From NCBI RefSeq assembly GCF_038025025.1, contig NW_027117338.1, forward strand, positions 1,364,001 to 1,428,000: 64,000 nt of DNA, written 5' to 3'. Made by a program: the position numbers and the translations under genes. Of this stretch, positions 60,801 through 64,000 are shown one piece after another (the first letter of the stretch is position 1; each line of letters opens with the position of its first letter). This stretch comes from Phyllosticta citribraziliensis (taxonomy: Eukaryota). Below the pieces are notes generated by a model, which was not told the origin of the DNA, ran no database searches, and worked only from the letters and a program-made list of their open reading frames with translations.

Positions 60801-63800
60801 ACGACGAGTCTAGACCGACATTCCAATACGAAGTCGGCTATCCTTTTAGGAAAGACTTCAGCAATCCGCAGTACTGTCTGCTCCACGATCTTCGCCAAGA
60901 AGTCGGCAGGACTCTGCACCGCATCCATCAATTCTTGGTCGAGAAGCAAGAAGACGATGTGCCCTGCTTCAACGCGCTATACAATGCCTATCGGTCCTGG
61001 TTCATCGATGTCGGTATCGAAAGATCTGCACACGTCTTGGACAGGGTGACGCGTCTTCTGGCTGCGGATATCCATCCTTTCAAGGTCAGTGGCCTGCGCA
61101 AAGAGTACCCGAGGCCGATATTAGTAAGGCGAGCCTATGTCTACCATCTCCAGCGGCTTCGTCACAACGCCGCCCCAAGAGAACGCACCGAGCTGGAGGA
61201 ACAATTGTTGCTAGACCTGGCTCAGTCGAGCGTGTCCATTTACACTGAAATCCGCCGCACGGCTCAGACGGCAAACGAATCGGCAGTGAAGTGCATCATT
61301 GGCTCCAGGCCTCTGGTCATTCCCCCTCTGCTCGAAGCTTTTGAAAAAGCTGTCAAGACCAGTGACTTTCCTCGCATCAAGGGCGCCATGTTTTCCTTGC
61401 TCTTCGGAAGCTTGGCCAAGACCATTTCCAGGAACTGGAAATTTACTCCTCAGCTGATCAAAACCTTTATTCAAGTCACGGACGCCGACAAGCCTTCGGT
61501 CCAAAAGCTTGTTTCCAATGCAACTTTCCAGATCATGGATATGGGCAAACCCGTCGAGCGTCTCGTCATCCTTGACCACGGTGTCATCGACGCTGTGATG
61601 GAGCACATGGATAAGAAAGAGCTCGAAGAGTGCAAGTCGAAGATTTCCAAAAAGGAGAGCGTTGTCCAGACAAAGCGGGCCAAGGTTGAGACCAGAAAGG
61701 CCGAATTGTCGGCTCAGCTTGTCGAATCAACCCGCCAGGCACACTGGAAGAAGGCGATTCGGACTGCCACCGTTGTCATCCACCTCGGAATGCGGTTCGA
61801 CAACATTGCTTCCGAAGCCATGATTGACCTCGCAGCCAATGGCACAATCGACCCCCACCCAACCCTGCGCAGTCTCTACCAGAGCGCCTTGCTTGGGTTC
61901 TTCCAGCTTGTCCAAACTCGTAGCCTGGCGCATCACAGCTTCGAGAAGTACATTCTTGGAGAGGAGAGTATTCCTGAAAAGATCCAGGTGCCGACTAGAG
62001 CCGATGATCCTGATTGGACTGATGAATACCTTGACAGCTTTGGAAAGCCCGAAGCCAAGTACTATGTCGACTTTGACTATCCGGGATGGCTGGTGTGGAA
62101 CAAGACCATGCCTGCGTTCTTGACGGATACCAAGGGCCTAGACTACGACGAGGTCGAGGCCAAGGTGCGCAAGCAGATTGGCGACATCCTTGATCGCAAT
62201 TGGTTCTCGACCTATTTTGGTTACCTCAAGCAAGAGCCCAGGGACTCTGGTCAAGACCGCTTCCGCATGACGAGCGCGATGATACTCACACACTGCTTCG
62301 ACTTGGTTTTCGCTGGCCAAACGAAGACGACTTTCGAAGACATTAAGGAGCTCACTTTGTCGGTCTACGCTGATGGAAGCGACAAGCACCAGCACAGAGC
62401 GACAGCGGAGATTATGGGAGCGCTACTTTCATGCGCACCTGATCTACCCAAGGACACTCGAGAAATGGTGTGGGAATTTGCCTTCCCGCGCGTACGCGAC
62501 ATCTTCATGGATGGCCTAACCCCGGAAAATTCGTCTTATTGGACCACGTTCTTGCACATTGCCCTCCAAGGCAAAGATCCAAGAAGGAACTGGCCCCTGA
62601 TTGATTCTCTGGCGGCGTTCAGACTCGACATGTCGTCCAGTCAGGCTTTCAAGGAGAGCTCCAAGATCAACTTGCTGCAGCAGGCTGTCATTGACTGCGG
62701 ATGGCACTTTCAGCTGGAGAAGCCTATTCTTGAGGACTTCCTCGAGCATGTTGATCACCCTTACAAGGCTGTTCGGGAAGCCATTGGGCAAACAATTGCC
62801 ACCATCTACCGGACCCGCTACCATGAGTCCTATCCCAACGCCAAGAAGTTTGTCGAGGACCAAAAGGCCGCTTCTTCCATTGGAATTAGACCTTACCAGC
62901 CTAGTGAAGATTACCGAAAGGCTGTTGTGGGCGTCTTTGAACGGCTAGAGAAGTGGCGCAAAGAGCGCCCTGCGGGCGAGCAGCAGCCAACCTCTTACAC
63001 TCAAGCTGGCAAGACAGTACTGCTTTGGCTCGATTCCACACTCGCTTCCTTTGAATGCACTCAGCTTGTCGAGTTCTTCCCCAACACGTTCATGGAGCAA
63101 CTGCTCCACATGATGGATGTCAAGGAAGATCCTGAGCTGCAATCCCTCGCCTACCACGTCTTCAGGCACCTGCCAAACGTCCCACATCGCGCGGGTGAGG
63201 ATGCCGATTTCATCAACGCTATGATTCGTATCGGTCTCAACGCCACCTCATGGCACCAACGTCTTCGAGTCCTGATCAACATCCAAGTTATCTACTTCCG
63301 TCGCCTTTTCCTCATGAGCGAGGACCAGCAACAAGCTCTTTTCGACTGCGTCTCCACCATGCTTGGCGATCAGCAGCTTGAAGTGCGTCTTGGTGCTCAA
63401 AGCACTCTGTCCGGCATGATTCGCTGTTCTCCAATCGGTTTCCGCGACACGCAGGTTGAGGCTTTGCGCACACGCTTCACCGACATGCTGCGCAAGAACC
63501 CTCTGCCCAAACGCCGTGTCCCAGGCACACCGACACCGGAGCAGAATAAGCGAATTCTGGTCAGGCATGCGGCGGTGCTGGGTCTCGGCGCGCTCATCTC
63601 GGCTTTCCCGTACACCAGTCCGCCGCCTTCATGGCTGCCTGAAGTGTTGGCTACTTTGGCTCTCAGAGCGGCTGGAGACCCAGGGACTGTCGGCAAGAGT
63701 GTCAAGTCGATTCTGGCAGACTTCAAGAAGACGAGGCAAGACACGTGGCATGTTGATGTTAAGGTAAGCCGCTTATGATTGTGTTCCGATATCTCTGAGG

Positions 63801-63883
63801 TTACTGACGAATCCACGCAGGCATTTGAGCCCGAGCAACTTGAAGATCTGGAGGGTGTGCTCTGGAAGAGCTACTTTGCCTAG
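57815..63883 (+). CDS. BLM10: Proteasome activator Blm10/PA200
   Basis: RPRTFPY..LPY.TE, LDWRPLY, ETFYHPSNSG.W, LPGIDANDLEKT, RHAAVLGL..L..AFPY, FKKTRQDTW, terminal WKSYFA; introns 58258-58327 and 63764-63820. Confidence 0.96.
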
Positions 63884-64000
63884 AGCTTACCCGAGTATGG
63901 GTATATACTGTTTTTTGAGACGGATGAGAGGATCCGCAATAGGAGCTCCAAGTATAGGAACAGAGTCAAGGTAAAAACGAGAGGAGGACAGAAGTCTTTC

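Overview
This is a gene-dense, intron-containing segment of a filamentous ascomycete (Pezizomycotina) nuclear chromosome. The short GT-AG introns with CTRAC branch points support this; the exact class cannot be determined from the sequence alone. I can support 24 protein-coding genes: Kha1-type K+/H+ antiporter, GH92 alpha-mannosidase, cupin, a low-complexity PPxY protein, Zn-alcohol dehydrogenase, cytochrome b5/acyl-CoA dehydrogenase fusion, GH3 beta-glucosidase, MEMO1, a small Cys8 zinc-finger protein, kynurenine 3-monooxygenase, MetAP1, Erv14, Prp17, a BRCT protein, a P450, DUF1769, an AT-hook CENP-U/Ame1-like protein, an F-box-like orphan, a ZZ/EF-hand protein, a stand-alone LigD 3'-phosphoesterase-domain protein, a conserved CP-motif hypothetical, cis-prenyltransferase, Psf3 and Blm10. 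I recognised no tRNA, rRNA, CRISPR array or transposon. The most interesting items are the eukaryotic stand-alone LigD phosphoesterase with a diverged active site, a non-canonical GG-AG intron next to the GH3 catalytic nucleophile, several in-frame splice alternatives and several uncharacterised proteins. I see no convincing multi-gene novel system. Family calls come from motif recognition by eye, not from database searches. CDS coordinates span start to stop and include introns.
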